Source of the DNA: a virus
DNA: 49,685 nucleotides
Strand: one strand, 5' to 3'
IMG/VR virus record: IMGVR_UViG_3300044652_000026
Location: 1 to 49,685 of that record
The notes beneath the pieces were generated by a model, which was given only the letters and a program-made list of their open reading frames with translations, was not told the DNA's origin and did no database searches. The translations under genes were made by a program, and so were the position numbers. The first letter of the stretch is position 1; every line of letters begins with the position of its first letter. Below, piece by piece: positions 7,455-17,533 of the stretch.

Positions 7455-7516
7455 GCGGGGCGGGGCAGGTTTTCTCGATGGGCCTGCGGGGCGACGGATT
7501 CGGCCGCCCGCCCCGC
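7455..7516 (+). terminator. Large GC-rich stem (10-bp closing helix) just after the operon end; possible factor-independent terminator without a U-tract
   Basis: gcggggcggg (7455-7464) pairs with cccgccccgc (7507-7516). An inner helix gcagg/cctgc is also present. Confidence 0.4.
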
Positions 7517-7529
7517 TAGGCTTATCGCG

Positions 7530-7741
7530 CCCCGAGAGTGGTGTAACGAGGCGATCCACAAATGAGCACGCGCGATCAGAAGCTAATCCCGGAGGCGTCA
7601 TGAACCTCCTTCAACCGCTTGGATAGATCAGGGACCGAGCAGGAGCGAAGTGCCAGGTGGCAAATCGGAAGTCCTGGCCTCTCGGGGCTTGGGGGTTCGC
7701 GGGTCAGACGGAGCGCTCTTTAGGGGGCGCTCCGTCCTTTT
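7530..7741 (+). ncRNA. Candidate ~210-nt small RNA ending at an intrinsic terminator
   Basis: ORF-free. TAGGCT at 7517-7522 could be a -10, but the -35 is weak. Internal hairpins ggaggcgtcatgaacctcc and gccagg...cctggc. Ends at the 7707-7741 terminator. Confidence 0.3.
7707..7741 (+). terminator. Rho-independent terminator (perfect 10-bp stem plus T-tract)
   Basis: gacggagcgc (7707-7716) pairs with gcgctccgtc (7727-7736), followed by ctttt. Confidence 0.7.
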
Positions 7742-7752
7742 AGGCTTGGCGA

Positions 7753-9321
7753 ATGGAGTTCGTAACCATCCGCGATGTCGAGCTTTGCTCGGCGGGCATG
7801 GACTGGCCTTCGGCTGGTGGCCTCGTCACTCTGACGCTGGAGCACATCGCCGACTGCGTCCGCGCCGGGGAAGACTCGCTGATTACGCCGCCGCGACTGA
7901 AGATCGGGCACACCGACCCTCGCTTCGCCGACCCAGACGATCCGGGCCACGATCCCTTCTACGACGGCGAACCGGCCTTCGGCTCGATCGCCAATATGCG
8001 CCTGACCAACGATGGCGCCACGGCGACCGGTGACTACCTCTACGTTCCGAAGTGGCTCGCCGAGGGCCTTCCTGCCTTCTACCCCTCGCGCTCGATCGAG
8101 GGCGCCTACGAGATAACGGAAGGCCCAGGAGGAAAGCTCGAAGCGCGCTGGGACGTCGAAACGCCCGGCGGCAAGAAGTACAGCTTCGTCCTGACCGCCT
8201 GCGCGCTGCTCGGCGTCCAGGCCCCGGCCGTCAAGGATCTGGAGGACTTGCAGTTCCGCCTCACCGAAGGCCAGGGCGTGATCGTGACCGGCGATCCCGA
8301 GGCCGGGGGGGTGCCGATCGCTGTCAGCATGGGGGCCGTGCCGAATGGAGCCGTATCGCTGGAGGCCGACGTCGACAAAGTCATCGACGTCTTCTACTCG
8401 GAGTTCTGTGTCGAAGAGCGCTACTGGTGGTGGGCGCGGGCGGTTCGCATCGACCCGAACGTCATCATCGCCGACGATGACGAAGGCTCGCTCTGGGAAG
8501 TGCCGATTCAGACCGACGGCAACCAAAACGTCACCTTCGGCGAGCCGAAACGAGTCCTACAGACCTTCACCCCGGCGCCGGAGGCCGCCGCTGTCCTGAG
8601 CGCCGCTGCCCAGACAGCACCCAGTGGAGGCCGCACCCTGAAGGCGTTTGCGGCCCGCGAGCAGACGGTGCCAGCCGAGCGCCGCGAGCGTCCCGAGGGG
8701 GGGGTCAGCGGCTCCGGTAACACTTCCGGCATGAACTTCAGCGAGCTTTCCGACGCCGCCCGCAAACGCCTCTGCGCGGCCTATGACCTCTCAGAGGACG
8801 CGACCGACGAGCAGATCGAAGAGGCGGTTGGCGCCGAGCCGGAGGAATCCGGCGAGGGCAATGGCGGCGAGGGTGCCGAGGAGTCCGAAACAGGCGAGGG
8901 CGGCGAGTCCGGTGAGGGCAACGGCTCCGAGTCCGGTGAGGACTCCGGCTCGGAGGGCGATACCCCTTCGGCCGCTCCAGAGACAACCGTTCCGGTCGAC
9001 AAGACCGTCCTGTCTCAGCTTCAGAGCGATGCCGCAGCCGGCCGCACCGCTCGCGAACAGCAGGTCGCCGAACACCGCGAGTCGGTGCTGACGGCGGCGC
9101 TGAAGGCGGGGAAGATCACTCCGGCCTCGAAGGCAGCATGGGAGGCGAAGCTGAAGGCGACCCCGAAGGCCGCCGAGGCCGAACTCGACTCCCTGCCCGA
9201 AAATCTCGTGCCGATCGCTGAGGAAGGCCACGGCGGCTCTTCGCCGACCGATGGCGTCAGTGTCTCGGAGGCCGATATGGCCGTCATGTTCCCCGGCCAC
9301 GGACAGAGGAAGGCGGCTTAG
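7753..9321 (+). CDS. Putative prohead protease / scaffold fusion protein (Mu gpI/Z-like arrangement)
   Basis: 522 aa located between the portal region and the decoration/capsid genes. Acidic low-complexity tract, then a coiled-coil scaffold-like tail (KAGKITPASKAAWEAKLKATPKAAEAELDSLPENL). TAGGCT sits 6 nt upstream of the ATG. The protease assignment is positional. Confidence 0.5.
   Translation: MEFVTIRDVELCSAGMDWPSAGGLVTLTLEHIADCVRAGEDSLITPPRLKIGHTDPRFADPDDPGHDPFYDGEPAFGSIANMRLTNDGATATGDYLYVPKWLAEGLPAFYPSRSIEGAYEITEGPGGKLEARWDVETPGGKKYSFVLTACALLGVQAPAVKDLEDLQFRLTEGQGVIVTGDPEAGGVPIAVSMGAVPNGAVSLEADVDKVIDVFYSEFCVEERYWWWARAVRIDPNVIIADDDEGSLWEVPIQTDGNQNVTFGEPKRVLQTFTPAPEAAAVLSAAAQTAPSGGRTLKAFAAREQTVPAERRERPEGGVSGSGNTSGMNFSELSDAARKRLCAAYDLSEDATDEQIEEAVGAEPEESGEGNGGEGAEESETGEGGESGEGNGSESGEDSGSEGDTPSAAPETTVPVDKTVLSQLQSDAAAGRTAREQQVAEHRESVLTAALKAGKITPASKAAWEAKLKATPKAAEAELDSLPENLVPIAEEGHGGSSPTDGVSVSEADMAVMFPGHGQRKAA
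8833..8961 (+). repeat. Acidic Gly/Glu/Ser low-complexity repeat inside the scaffold region
   Basis: Translates to AEPEESGEGNGGEGAEESETGEGGESGEGNGSESGEDSGSEGD. Confidence 0.85.
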
Positions 9322-9324
9322 ATC

Positions 9325-10095
9325 ATGGAGAAGATCGCCCGTTACAAGCCAGGGGAGAATGTCACCGTTCGTCCCAATGGCGAAGAAGCCTCCGATCAGC
9401 TGAAAGCCGGTCGCTTCGTCAAAGTCACCGGCCTCGGCTCCGACAACGCCTACGAAGCCGAACACGCGACCGCAGGCGATGCCCATCCCTTCGGCGTCAC
9501 CCAGCGCGACTCTTCCGACCCTTCCAAAGAAGATCCCCGCTCAGTCGACCTGCTGGTCGAGTGCGTGCGGGGCAACTCGATTCCGCGCGTCGAGGCGGGC
9601 GAGGCAATCACCGCCACCGCCGAAGTCGCGATCGGCGCCGAAGGCAAGGCGGTCAACGCCGACTCCGCGGTCGCGGCGACACTGGTAACCGGTGCCGTCG
9701 GCGAAAACAACGCGATCAAATGGACCGCCAAGCAGGCGGGCGCCGCAGGGGACAACCTCTCGGTCGAAATATTGAACACGGGCAAAGAAAAATCCCTCTC
9801 GGTCGATGTCGATGGCAGCAAAATCATCGTCACGGCTGCGACCAACGGCACGGGCGCGGGCGAAATCACGTCCACCGCCGCTCAGATCATCGCCGCGGTC
9901 GAAAAACACGACACCGCCTCCCAGCTGGTCGCCGTCGCCAACAGCGGCGCATCGAGCGGAGCCGGAGTCGTGAAAGCGGTTGCGACCACCAAACTCGCCG
10001 GGGGTGCCGACTCGACAGGCGGTGCCCTATCGGTGGGCAAGGCATTGACCTCGGCCGAAAAAGCCGGGGACTTCATCGAGGTCGACTTCTTCTAA
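9325..10095 (+). CDS. Head decoration protein: DUF2190-like N-terminal domain with a ~150-aa C-terminal extension
   Basis: IARYKPGENVTV...LKAGRFVKVTG...HPFGVTQRD...VEAGEAITATAEVAIGAEGKAV matches the DUF2190 pattern from memory. Sits immediately upstream of the capsid gene. Confidence 0.6.
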   Translation: MEKIARYKPGENVTVRPNGEEASDQLKAGRFVKVTGLGSDNAYEAEHATAGDAHPFGVTQRDSSDPSKEDPRSVDLLVECVRGNSIPRVEAGEAITATAEVAIGAEGKAVNADSAVAATLVTGAVGENNAIKWTAKQAGAAGDNLSVEILNTGKEKSLSVDVDGSKIIVTAATNGTGAGEITSTAAQIIAAVEKHDTASQLVAVANSGASSGAGVVKAVATTKLAGGADSTGGALSVGKALTSAEKAGDFIEVDFF

Positions 10096-10118
10096 GCCAA
10101 CCAAGGGACTACGCAACT

Positions 10119-11057
10119 ATGCCTGAAACACAAGCCCCAGTCGTCCAGCCCCTCGGTGGCGCGACCGTCAATGGCACGAAAATCACCGTTGACACCTACG
10201 TCAACCCACCGACGAAGATCCCGGCCATCATCCGGTCCCTGGTCGCCGAAGACGAGGGCTACTTCATCGAGCGTATCTTCGGCACGCTGGGCACTCCGGT
10301 CCAGGGCGGCGCGGTCATCGTCGAAGAGACGTTCCCCGAAGACTTCTTCCTGCCCGCCGACGGCAAACCCGCCCCGCGCGCACCGGGTGCCGAGGCCCCT
10401 CGCCTGACGAGCGCCCGCCACGAACCAGAGGTGCGGCGTCCGGAGTCCTGGTCGGGCTCGATCGAGGTCACCGACGAGGCCAAGCAGCGCAACAACGTGA
10501 TCGCGGTGCGCAACCAGTTCACGAAGGCCGCCAACACTTTCGGCGATATCGTTCAGCGCCGCGGCATCGAGGTTTTGCTCGACGCGGTCAAAAAATGGGG
10601 CCGGACGCTCGAAGCGAAAACCGTCTGGCAGGCGACGCCGGGCGCAGGCCTCTTCAACGTCGATCCGAAAACGCTTCCCGCCTTCGACGTCGCGCGCGTC
10701 CTGAAGAAATTCCGCGACGACAAGGTCGGGGTGCGGCCGGACACGGTCATCCTCAACACCGAAGAACTGCTCTGGCTGGAAACGATCTACACGGGCGTCG
10801 GTGCCGTCCCCGGCCTGGATGCGATGTTCGCCCGGCAGGGGGTCAACTCGGTCATCGGCTCGCCGCTGATCGACGAGGGCGATGTCCTCTTCGCCAAGGC
10901 GGGCGCCCCCGGCGTCATCGGATGGGAGCTGCCGATGAGCCAGGAGTTCGTCCGCGAGGGCATCCGCAAGACCGATGTCTACGTGCTGGAGTGCCGGCCG
11001 ATCTTCGCCGCCTTCGATGCCTCTGCGGTCCTGATGCTCGAAGGCACAGACAAATAG
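10119..11057 (+). CDS. Major capsid protein (HK97-fold inferred)
   Basis: 312 aa from ATG 10119 with an AAGGGA SD. Follows scaffold and decoration genes and is followed by a hairpin plus U-tract. The upstream part of track ORF 9561.. is Arg-rich and overlaps the decoration gene. Confidence 0.8.
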   Translation: MPETQAPVVQPLGGATVNGTKITVDTYVNPPTKIPAIIRSLVAEDEGYFIERIFGTLGTPVQGGAVIVEETFPEDFFLPADGKPAPRAPGAEAPRLTSARHEPEVRRPESWSGSIEVTDEAKQRNNVIAVRNQFTKAANTFGDIVQRRGIEVLLDAVKKWGRTLEAKTVWQATPGAGLFNVDPKTLPAFDVARVLKKFRDDKVGVRPDTVILNTEELLWLETIYTGVGAVPGLDAMFARQGVNSVIGSPLIDEGDVLFAKAGAPGVIGWELPMSQEFVREGIRKTDVYVLECRPIFAAFDASAVLMLEGTDK

Positions 11058-11098
11058 ACCGCTGATCTTCTATCTTCTCCTTGTGGGAGGGCCTCGCC

Positions 11099-11130
11099 GG
11101 CGGCTCGCCTTGCGCGGGCCGCTTGCGTTT
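11099..11130 (+). terminator. Intrinsic terminator after the capsid gene (9-bp stem, U-rich tail)
   Basis: gcggctcgc (11099-11107) pairs with gcgggccgc (11113-11121), loop cttgc, followed by ttgcgtttt. Confidence 0.55.
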
Positions 11131-11151
11131 TGGAAAGTGATGCAGTAGGAT
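11123..11151 (+). promoter_or_regulatory. Promoter candidate TTGCGT-17-TAGGAT
   Basis: Hexamers and 17-nt spacer read directly. Overlaps the terminator tail. Confidence 0.5.
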
Positions 11152-11157
11152 GCTCTG

Positions 11158-11399
11158 TATCCGGCCGGACGGGGTTGCGTGGTACCGACGTAACCACGGC
11201 ATGGATTAGGCGCCGCCACCGGCCAGCGGTTGCCAACCGGCCTTGACTGCGAATAGGGGTCGGGGGGACCGACGGTCGCACGGTAGGTCCCCCAACGCAT
11301 ACCGGCCTCCGTGGCCGGGACAGCGGTAGCGACGACGCCCCTGACTGGAAATCGGGGGCGTTCGTCGTAGGGCTGCTAATGCCGCCGTAGACTGGCCTC
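11158..11399 (+). other. About 240-nt highly structured ORF-free segment (leader or ncRNA) upstream of the collagen-like gene
   Basis: Strong hairpins: gggggacc/ggtccccc (11263-11293), ccggcc/ggccgg (~11302-11318), and an 11-bp stem with one bulge (11329-11368). TAGACT at 11388-11393 lies 6 nt before ATG 11400. Confidence 0.5.
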
Positions 11400-12739
<1,340 letters not shown>

Positions 12740-12740
<1 letters not shown>

Positions 12741-13519
12741 TGAGCAGCGACACGATTTACAAGTTGCCAGGGGCCATCTTCACGTCCGAGCTTGAGAACG
12801 CCGAGACGGGCCTTCTCGGCACCCTCGGCGTCCGCATCCTCGCCAAGCTCGGCGGCGAGGAAGTCGTCGCGCGCCACACCGACGGCATCGCCGAAGATCC
12901 CGCGGGGTCCGGGCGCTACGTCGCCACCCTCACTGCCCCCACCCGCAAAGCCGACTACTCGATCTTCTGGGACGCGGGCACCGTCAGTCCCCTGACGACA
13001 GCCTCCGATGACCTCGTGGTCACGACCAACCTCCCCGAACTCCCGGCGAGCGAAGTCGAGTGGGCGCCGACCGTCGAAGAAGTCGCGGCCCTGATCCGCG
13101 CCCGCACGAAGATTCCCGGTGGTAGGGAGGCAGGCACCTTCAACGACAACACCCGGCCCACGCGCGGGGAGGTCGAAACCCTGCTCGGCCAGGCGGTCGA
13201 CCACGTCTCGGCGGCGGTTGGCGGCGACCCCTGCAACGAGCGGCTGAAGCAGTCCGCGCAGGCCGCGGCGGCGATGCTGGCGGCGATCCTGATCGAGACG
13301 AGCTACTGGCCCGAGCAGGCCGAAGCGCGCGGCTCGGCTGCGGCTCGGCTCGAATCGCTCTACGAGAGGCGGATGAAGTCGCTGACGGCATCGGTCGCCG
13401 AGGAATGCGGCGGCCAGGGGACAGGCGACGCGGGCGAAGGCAACGCCGGAGCCGTGGCGGCGGGAGGCTTCAGCGACGGCCTGCCGCTGATCGGCCGCGA
13501 CTACCCGCCACGGTGGTAG
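12740..13519 (+). CDS. Head-tail connector / adaptor protein (gp6-like C-terminal half)
   Basis: 259 aa. PTVEEVAALIRARTK...RPTRGEVETLLGQAVDHVSAAVGG...AAMLAAILIETSYWPEQ resembles head-tail adaptor proteins. Position fits. Confidence 0.5.
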
Positions 13520-13523
13520 CGCG

Positions 13524-14039
13524 GTGACCTCGGTCATCTACGACATCGAGGGTGCCGAGGCGGTCGAGCACGACCTGCTGCGCATGGAGACGCGCCTGCT
13601 TGACCCCCGGCCGGTGCTGAAGCGATTCGTCGACCTCCTGCAGCAGATGATGGGCGAGCGCTTCGCGGCCGAAGGCGAAGGCGACTGGGCGCCACTGGCG
13701 GCATCGACGGTGGCCCGCAAGGGGTCCTCGGTGATCGGCCGCGAGACGGACGCGATGATGGAGGCCCTGACCACCGAGGGTGCCGAGGGCGCGCTGCGCG
13801 AGGTAACTGACGACGAACTGATCTTCGGAATTAACCTGACGAACGAGGAAGGTTTCGCCTACCCTGTCGCCTTTCACGAGGGCACTTCGCGTCAACCCGC
13901 TCGGCCTCTCTTCGACACCTCGGCGCTTGATCTGCGCGCTTTTACGAAGATGCTCCAGGCGTATCTCGTCGAAGGCGACCGCTCCGAGTTCGGGGTGGGT
14001 TCCTTCGGCATGGGCCTGACGACCCCCTTCGGCCCATGA
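13524..14039 (+). CDS. Virion morphogenesis / tail-completion-type protein (Mu gpG or HK97 gp10-like)
   Basis: 171 aa containing FAAEGEGDWAPLAASTVARKGSSVIGRETDAMMEALT, a pattern typical of this family. Position is between head and tail genes. Confidence 0.45.
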   Translation: MTSVIYDIEGAEAVEHDLLRMETRLLDPRPVLKRFVDLLQQMMGERFAAEGEGDWAPLAASTVARKGSSVIGRETDAMMEALTTEGAEGALREVTDDELIFGINLTNEEGFAYPVAFHEGTSRQPARPLFDTSALDLRAFTKMLQAYLVEGDRSEFGVGSFGMGLTTPFGP

Positions 14040-14713
14040 GCGTCTGGGGGCCGATCGTCGACAGCAGCGACGTCGAGCGCGCGCTGCTCGCGCACCTGCG
14101 CCACTGGATGCCCTCGGCGAGCGCCTACGTACGCAAAATCAAGGACCCCGAGGCGGAACGCTGGCCCGACGGCGTCTCCGAAATCTGCGAATACGGCGTC
14201 TCTCACGCAGATGCCGTTGCTCAGCGCTGGCCGGAGGACCAGCTGCCGATGCTGATCGCCCAGTCGCCCGGCATGGAGGACGACCCGGTTGTCGAAGAGG
14301 GCGGGCGCGTCTCGGCGATCTACGGAGTCGCGCTGTCCGCAATCGCCTCCTCGGTCACCACCGAGGACGCTAAGGAGCTTGCTCGGCTCTACGCGGCGGC
14401 GGCGCGACTGGCGATCATGCAGAATCCGCAACTGGACGCGGGAACAGGCGACTTCTTCGCCGATCACGTCAAGATGGGTCGCGAGCGCAACGGCCAAATC
14501 CGCCGAGGCGTCGAAGGCGAACGCAATCTCATGGTCTGCACCGTGCCCTACCTGATCGCCGTGCCGCAGATTCTCGATGTCTCCGGTGGGCCGCTCCAGG
14601 CGCCCGAGGACCCCGAGGAAGAAGTCGCCGAATGGCCGACGGTCAAAGAGGGTGGCGGCTCGGCGACCGTCGATGCGCTGACTGAGGCTGGCTTCTTCGA
14701 GCAGAAACCCTAA
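14036..14713 (+). CDS. Hypothetical neck / tail-terminator-position structural protein
   Basis: 225 aa, ATGA-coupled, immediately upstream of the sheath gene. Confidence 0.55.
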   Translation: MSVWGPIVDSSDVERALLAHLRHWMPSASAYVRKIKDPEAERWPDGVSEICEYGVSHADAVAQRWPEDQLPMLIAQSPGMEDDPVVEEGGRVSAIYGVALSAIASSVTTEDAKELARLYAAAARLAIMQNPQLDAGTGDFFADHVKMGRERNGQIRRGVEGERNLMVCTVPYLIAVPQILDVSGGPLQAPEDPEEEVAEWPTVKEGGGSATVDALTEAGFFEQKP

Positions 14714-14753
14714 CGGCATAGGGGGGGTAGCGACACCGACTAGCCTTGGCGGC

Positions 14754-16193
14754 GTGAGTCCAGCCCCCGGCCATACGGTCACCATCGGAGAACGCGCCGC
14801 CTCTCCCGTCGCCGCAGCCTCGACCTCAAACGGCTTCCTGGTCGGGGTTTGCGAACGCGGCCCGACCGATGAGCCGATCAAGGCAATCAGCCTCGCCGAC
14901 GCCGTGGATCGCATTGGCGAACGCGTCTCGGCGAACCCCTACCTCTATGACGCCCTCGACTGCGCCTTCCGCGAGGGCGCCTCGGTCGTCTACATTGCCC
15001 GCGCGGTCGGCGCCGAAAGCGCGACGGCGAGCAAAGTCGCGGTCGATTCCGGCGGCAAAACTTCCTTCACCGTCAAAGCGAGGTCGCCCGGCGCTTGGGG
15101 CAACGACATCGACGTCGGGATCACCCTTTCGGCGGGATCGGTGGTCCTCGTCGTCAAAGAAGACGGCACGACCGTCGAAACCTCCCCCGCCCTCGCCACG
15201 AACGCCGAAGTCGTCGAGTGGGCGAAAGCCTCCCCCTACATCACGGTCACGATCGGCGCCGAAGACGCGGGCGACGCGAAAACCCAGACCCTCGAACTCG
15301 AAGGCGGCAAAGACGACGTCGCGGGCGTCGGCACGAAACAGATCGAAACCGCCCTCGGGGTGCTGACCAAGGACCTCGGCCCCGGCCAGGTCGCAGCGCC
15401 GGGCTTCACCACCGAAGCCATCCACAAAGCCCTGCTCGAACACGCCGCCGCCAACAACCGGCGCGCGCTGCTCGACGATCCGGTGGGGTCAACCAAGTCC
15501 GAACTGGTCAGCCACGCGGGCGCTCTGCGCGGGCCGCTGGCGCGCTATGGGGCGCTGCTCGGCAGCTGGGCGGTAGTCCCCGGCGTCAGCCTCGGCACGA
15601 CCCGCAAAGTGCCCTACTCGGGAATCCAGATGGGCCTGATCGCTCGTTCCGAGGCCGAAGGCAACAACCCGAACCGCGCTGCCGCGGGTCCTCGCGGGAA
15701 GTCGAAGTACGCGACCGGCTTGGTCACCCTCTTCACCGACGCCGAACGCGGCGAACTCGACGAAGGCGGCGTGATCGCCTCGATTCTCGTCCGCGGCGTC
15801 GTGGTCACCTACGGCAACGTGACGCTGGTCAACCAGACCACCGAACCGAACTGGAAATCCTTCTCGGCCTCCCGCCTCGTCATGGGTGTCGCCGCCCTGG
15901 CCTCGCAGGTGCTGGAGTCCTACGACTTCGAGCAGATCGATGGCCACGGCTACGTCTTTAAGAAGCTCCAGGGCGACCTCTCCGGCGCCGCCTGTATGCC
16001 CTTCTACCTCGACAACGCCCTCTACGGCACCACGCCCGACGAGGCGTTCTTCGTAAACACCGGCCCCGATGTCAACACCCCGACGTCGATTGCGGCCGAA
16101 GAAATCAAGGCGCAGATCGGCATCCGAACCAGCCCAACGGCCTCCTTCCTCGAAGTCGAGGTCGTGAAGGTCCCGACCACGGAGAGCCTGTAG
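14754..16193 (+). CDS. Contractile tail sheath protein
   Basis: 479 aa. SPGAWGNDIDVGITL and GPGQVAAPGFTTEAIHKALLEHAAANNRRALLD are typical sheath motifs. Followed by tube, chaperones and tape measure. Confidence 0.8.
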   Translation: MSPAPGHTVTIGERAASPVAAASTSNGFLVGVCERGPTDEPIKAISLADAVDRIGERVSANPYLYDALDCAFREGASVVYIARAVGAESATASKVAVDSGGKTSFTVKARSPGAWGNDIDVGITLSAGSVVLVVKEDGTTVETSPALATNAEVVEWAKASPYITVTIGAEDAGDAKTQTLELEGGKDDVAGVGTKQIETALGVLTKDLGPGQVAAPGFTTEAIHKALLEHAAANNRRALLDDPVGSTKSELVSHAGALRGPLARYGALLGSWAVVPGVSLGTTRKVPYSGIQMGLIARSEAEGNNPNRAAAGPRGKSKYATGLVTLFTDAERGELDEGGVIASILVRGVVVTYGNVTLVNQTTEPNWKSFSASRLVMGVAALASQVLESYDFEQIDGHGYVFKKLQGDLSGAACMPFYLDNALYGTTPDEAFFVNTGPDVNTPTSIAAEEIKAQIGIRTSPTASFLEVEVVKVPTTESL

Positions 16194-16195
16194 CC

Positions 16196-16603
16196 ATGCG
16201 CACCGACCAGGAACGAGTCACTGTCCGCGTCGATGACCTCGACCTCGGCGTCTTCCAGACCTTCAGCGGCGGCGGAACCTCCGCAGACGACACGAAGAAT
16301 CGCCCCGGCGGCATGGGTCCCGAGGAATCCCTCGGCGGCCCGGTCAGTCGCGACGCCTTCACGGTCGGACGCCTCTACAAGCTGGAGCGCGACCACGGCC
16401 TCTTCAAGGTGCTCGACGCGAAGACTGGCGCGGGCCGGGTCGTGGCCGTGCGCCAGAAGCTCAACAAGGACCGCACCCCCTTCGGCGACCCGATCACCTA
16501 CACGGGGACGCTGATCAAAGTCACCCCGCCGGACCACGACTCCAACGCGAGCGACCGCGCGGAATTCACCCTCGAAGTCTCGGCCGACGAGCCGATCGCC
16601 TAG
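16196..16603 (+). CDS. Tail tube protein
   Basis: 135 aa directly after the sheath gene; assigned by size and position. Confidence 0.7.
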   Translation: MRTDQERVTVRVDDLDLGVFQTFSGGGTSADDTKNRPGGMGPEESLGGPVSRDAFTVGRLYKLERDHGLFKVLDAKTGAGRVVAVRQKLNKDRTPFGDPITYTGTLIKVTPPDHDSNASDRAEFTLEVSADEPIA

Positions 16604-16640
16604 AGTCGTCGGCCGCCAACGCCGACGAAAGGACTAGCCG

Positions 16641-17333
16641 ATGAATGACCAGGCCCTACCGGGTCCCGCCGTAGAGGTGCGGGACGGCCGCTTCTACATC
16701 GAAGGGATGGAGGTCACCGAGGCTAAAGCCCGCGCCGCCGGGTGGACGCCATCCGAGGGGTCGGGAGACGCCGCCTCCGGCAATCTGGCGGCCTCCGAGG
16801 CTCCCGTAGGGGATGACGAGGCGCCCAGTGTCCTTGGACGCCTCAGAGAGGCTTATGCGGCCGGAGAGGTAGATAGGCGCACGACGTTCCTCATCGCCCC
16901 CGGTCGCTACCACGACCTCGCGGCGCAGTACCGACCGATCGACTGGGAACTGCGGCGGCGGCTGATGCGCAAGGCCGAACGGACCGGGGCCTTCACCGAC
17001 GAGGCGAACGCCAACTTCCAGGCCACCCTCTGCGCCGATGCCTGTATCTCGATCATGGTCCGGCCCGAGCCGGGGCAGGATTTCGTCGAACTTCATACCC
17101 TGATCGAGCGCTACAAGACGGACGCGCCGATCCGCTTCGACGAGCGCCTGGCCGCGGTTTTGGGCATGGAGTTGATCGGTGGGGAGTCCGAAGCCGACAT
17201 CTGCCGTCTCGTGTTCGGAGAAGAGGCGGCCTTCGATGTCCACTTCGCGGCTCTGACGCAGTGGTCGACTCAGGTCGCTCCTGGCGATGAGGATGAAGAA
17301 GGCGAGGATGAGGGCGGAGGGCGCCCTACCTAA
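16641..17333 (+). CDS. Tail assembly chaperone (gpG-like, zero-frame product)
   Basis: 230 aa with an acidic C-terminus, positioned between tube and tape measure. Confidence 0.7.
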   Translation: MNDQALPGPAVEVRDGRFYIEGMEVTEAKARAAGWTPSEGSGDAASGNLAASEAPVGDDEAPSVLGRLREAYAAGEVDRRTTFLIAPGRYHDLAAQYRPIDWELRRRLMRKAERTGAFTDEANANFQATLCADACISIMVRPEPGQDFVELHTLIERYKTDAPIRFDERLAAVLGMELIGGESEADICRLVFGEEAAFDVHFAALTQWSTQVAPGDEDEEGEDEGGGRPT

Positions 17334-17530
17334 TCGGGCACCCGGCGGCGAAGACGGCGGCGGCCCTTCGGTCCACGGGCCTGGCCGCTGCCTATCTCGC
17401 CGCTACCGATCCCGACGACATTGCGATCTACGAGTCGATTGCGCTCGCGGTCATGGAGGACCGCGAGCGCGAGGCAAAGGAACTCGCCTTTCATATCGCC
17501 GAGGGAACTCGCAAGGTGCTGGGAGGCTAG
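16641..17530 (+). CDS. Tail assembly chaperone, -1 frameshift product (gpGT-like)
   Basis: The -1 frame is open from 17312 to TAG 17528-17530. It encodes a GC3-rich sequence (IGHPAAKTAAALRSTGLAAAYLAATDPDDIAIYESIALAVMEDREREAKELAFHIAEGTRKVLGG) with no start codon of its own. It ends 3 nt before the tape measure GTG. Confidence 0.55.
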
Positions 17531-17533
17531 GCC

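Noticed and set aside
7517-7522. Treating every intergenic TAGGCT as a promoter
   Set aside because: By rough base-composition reasoning, several TAGGCT hexamers per strand are expected by chance in about 50 kb. Only those with a -35 partner or the fixed N6/7-start-codon spacing are reported, and this one has a poor -35.
9561-10118. N-terminal 186-codon extension of the capsid ORF in the track (start at 9561)
   Set aside because: The extension is extremely Arg-rich and overlaps the decoration gene in another frame. ATG 10119 has a good SD and begins a normal protein sequence.
13892-14914. 340-aa minus-strand ORF
   Set aside because: Antisense to three coupled structural genes; shadow ORF
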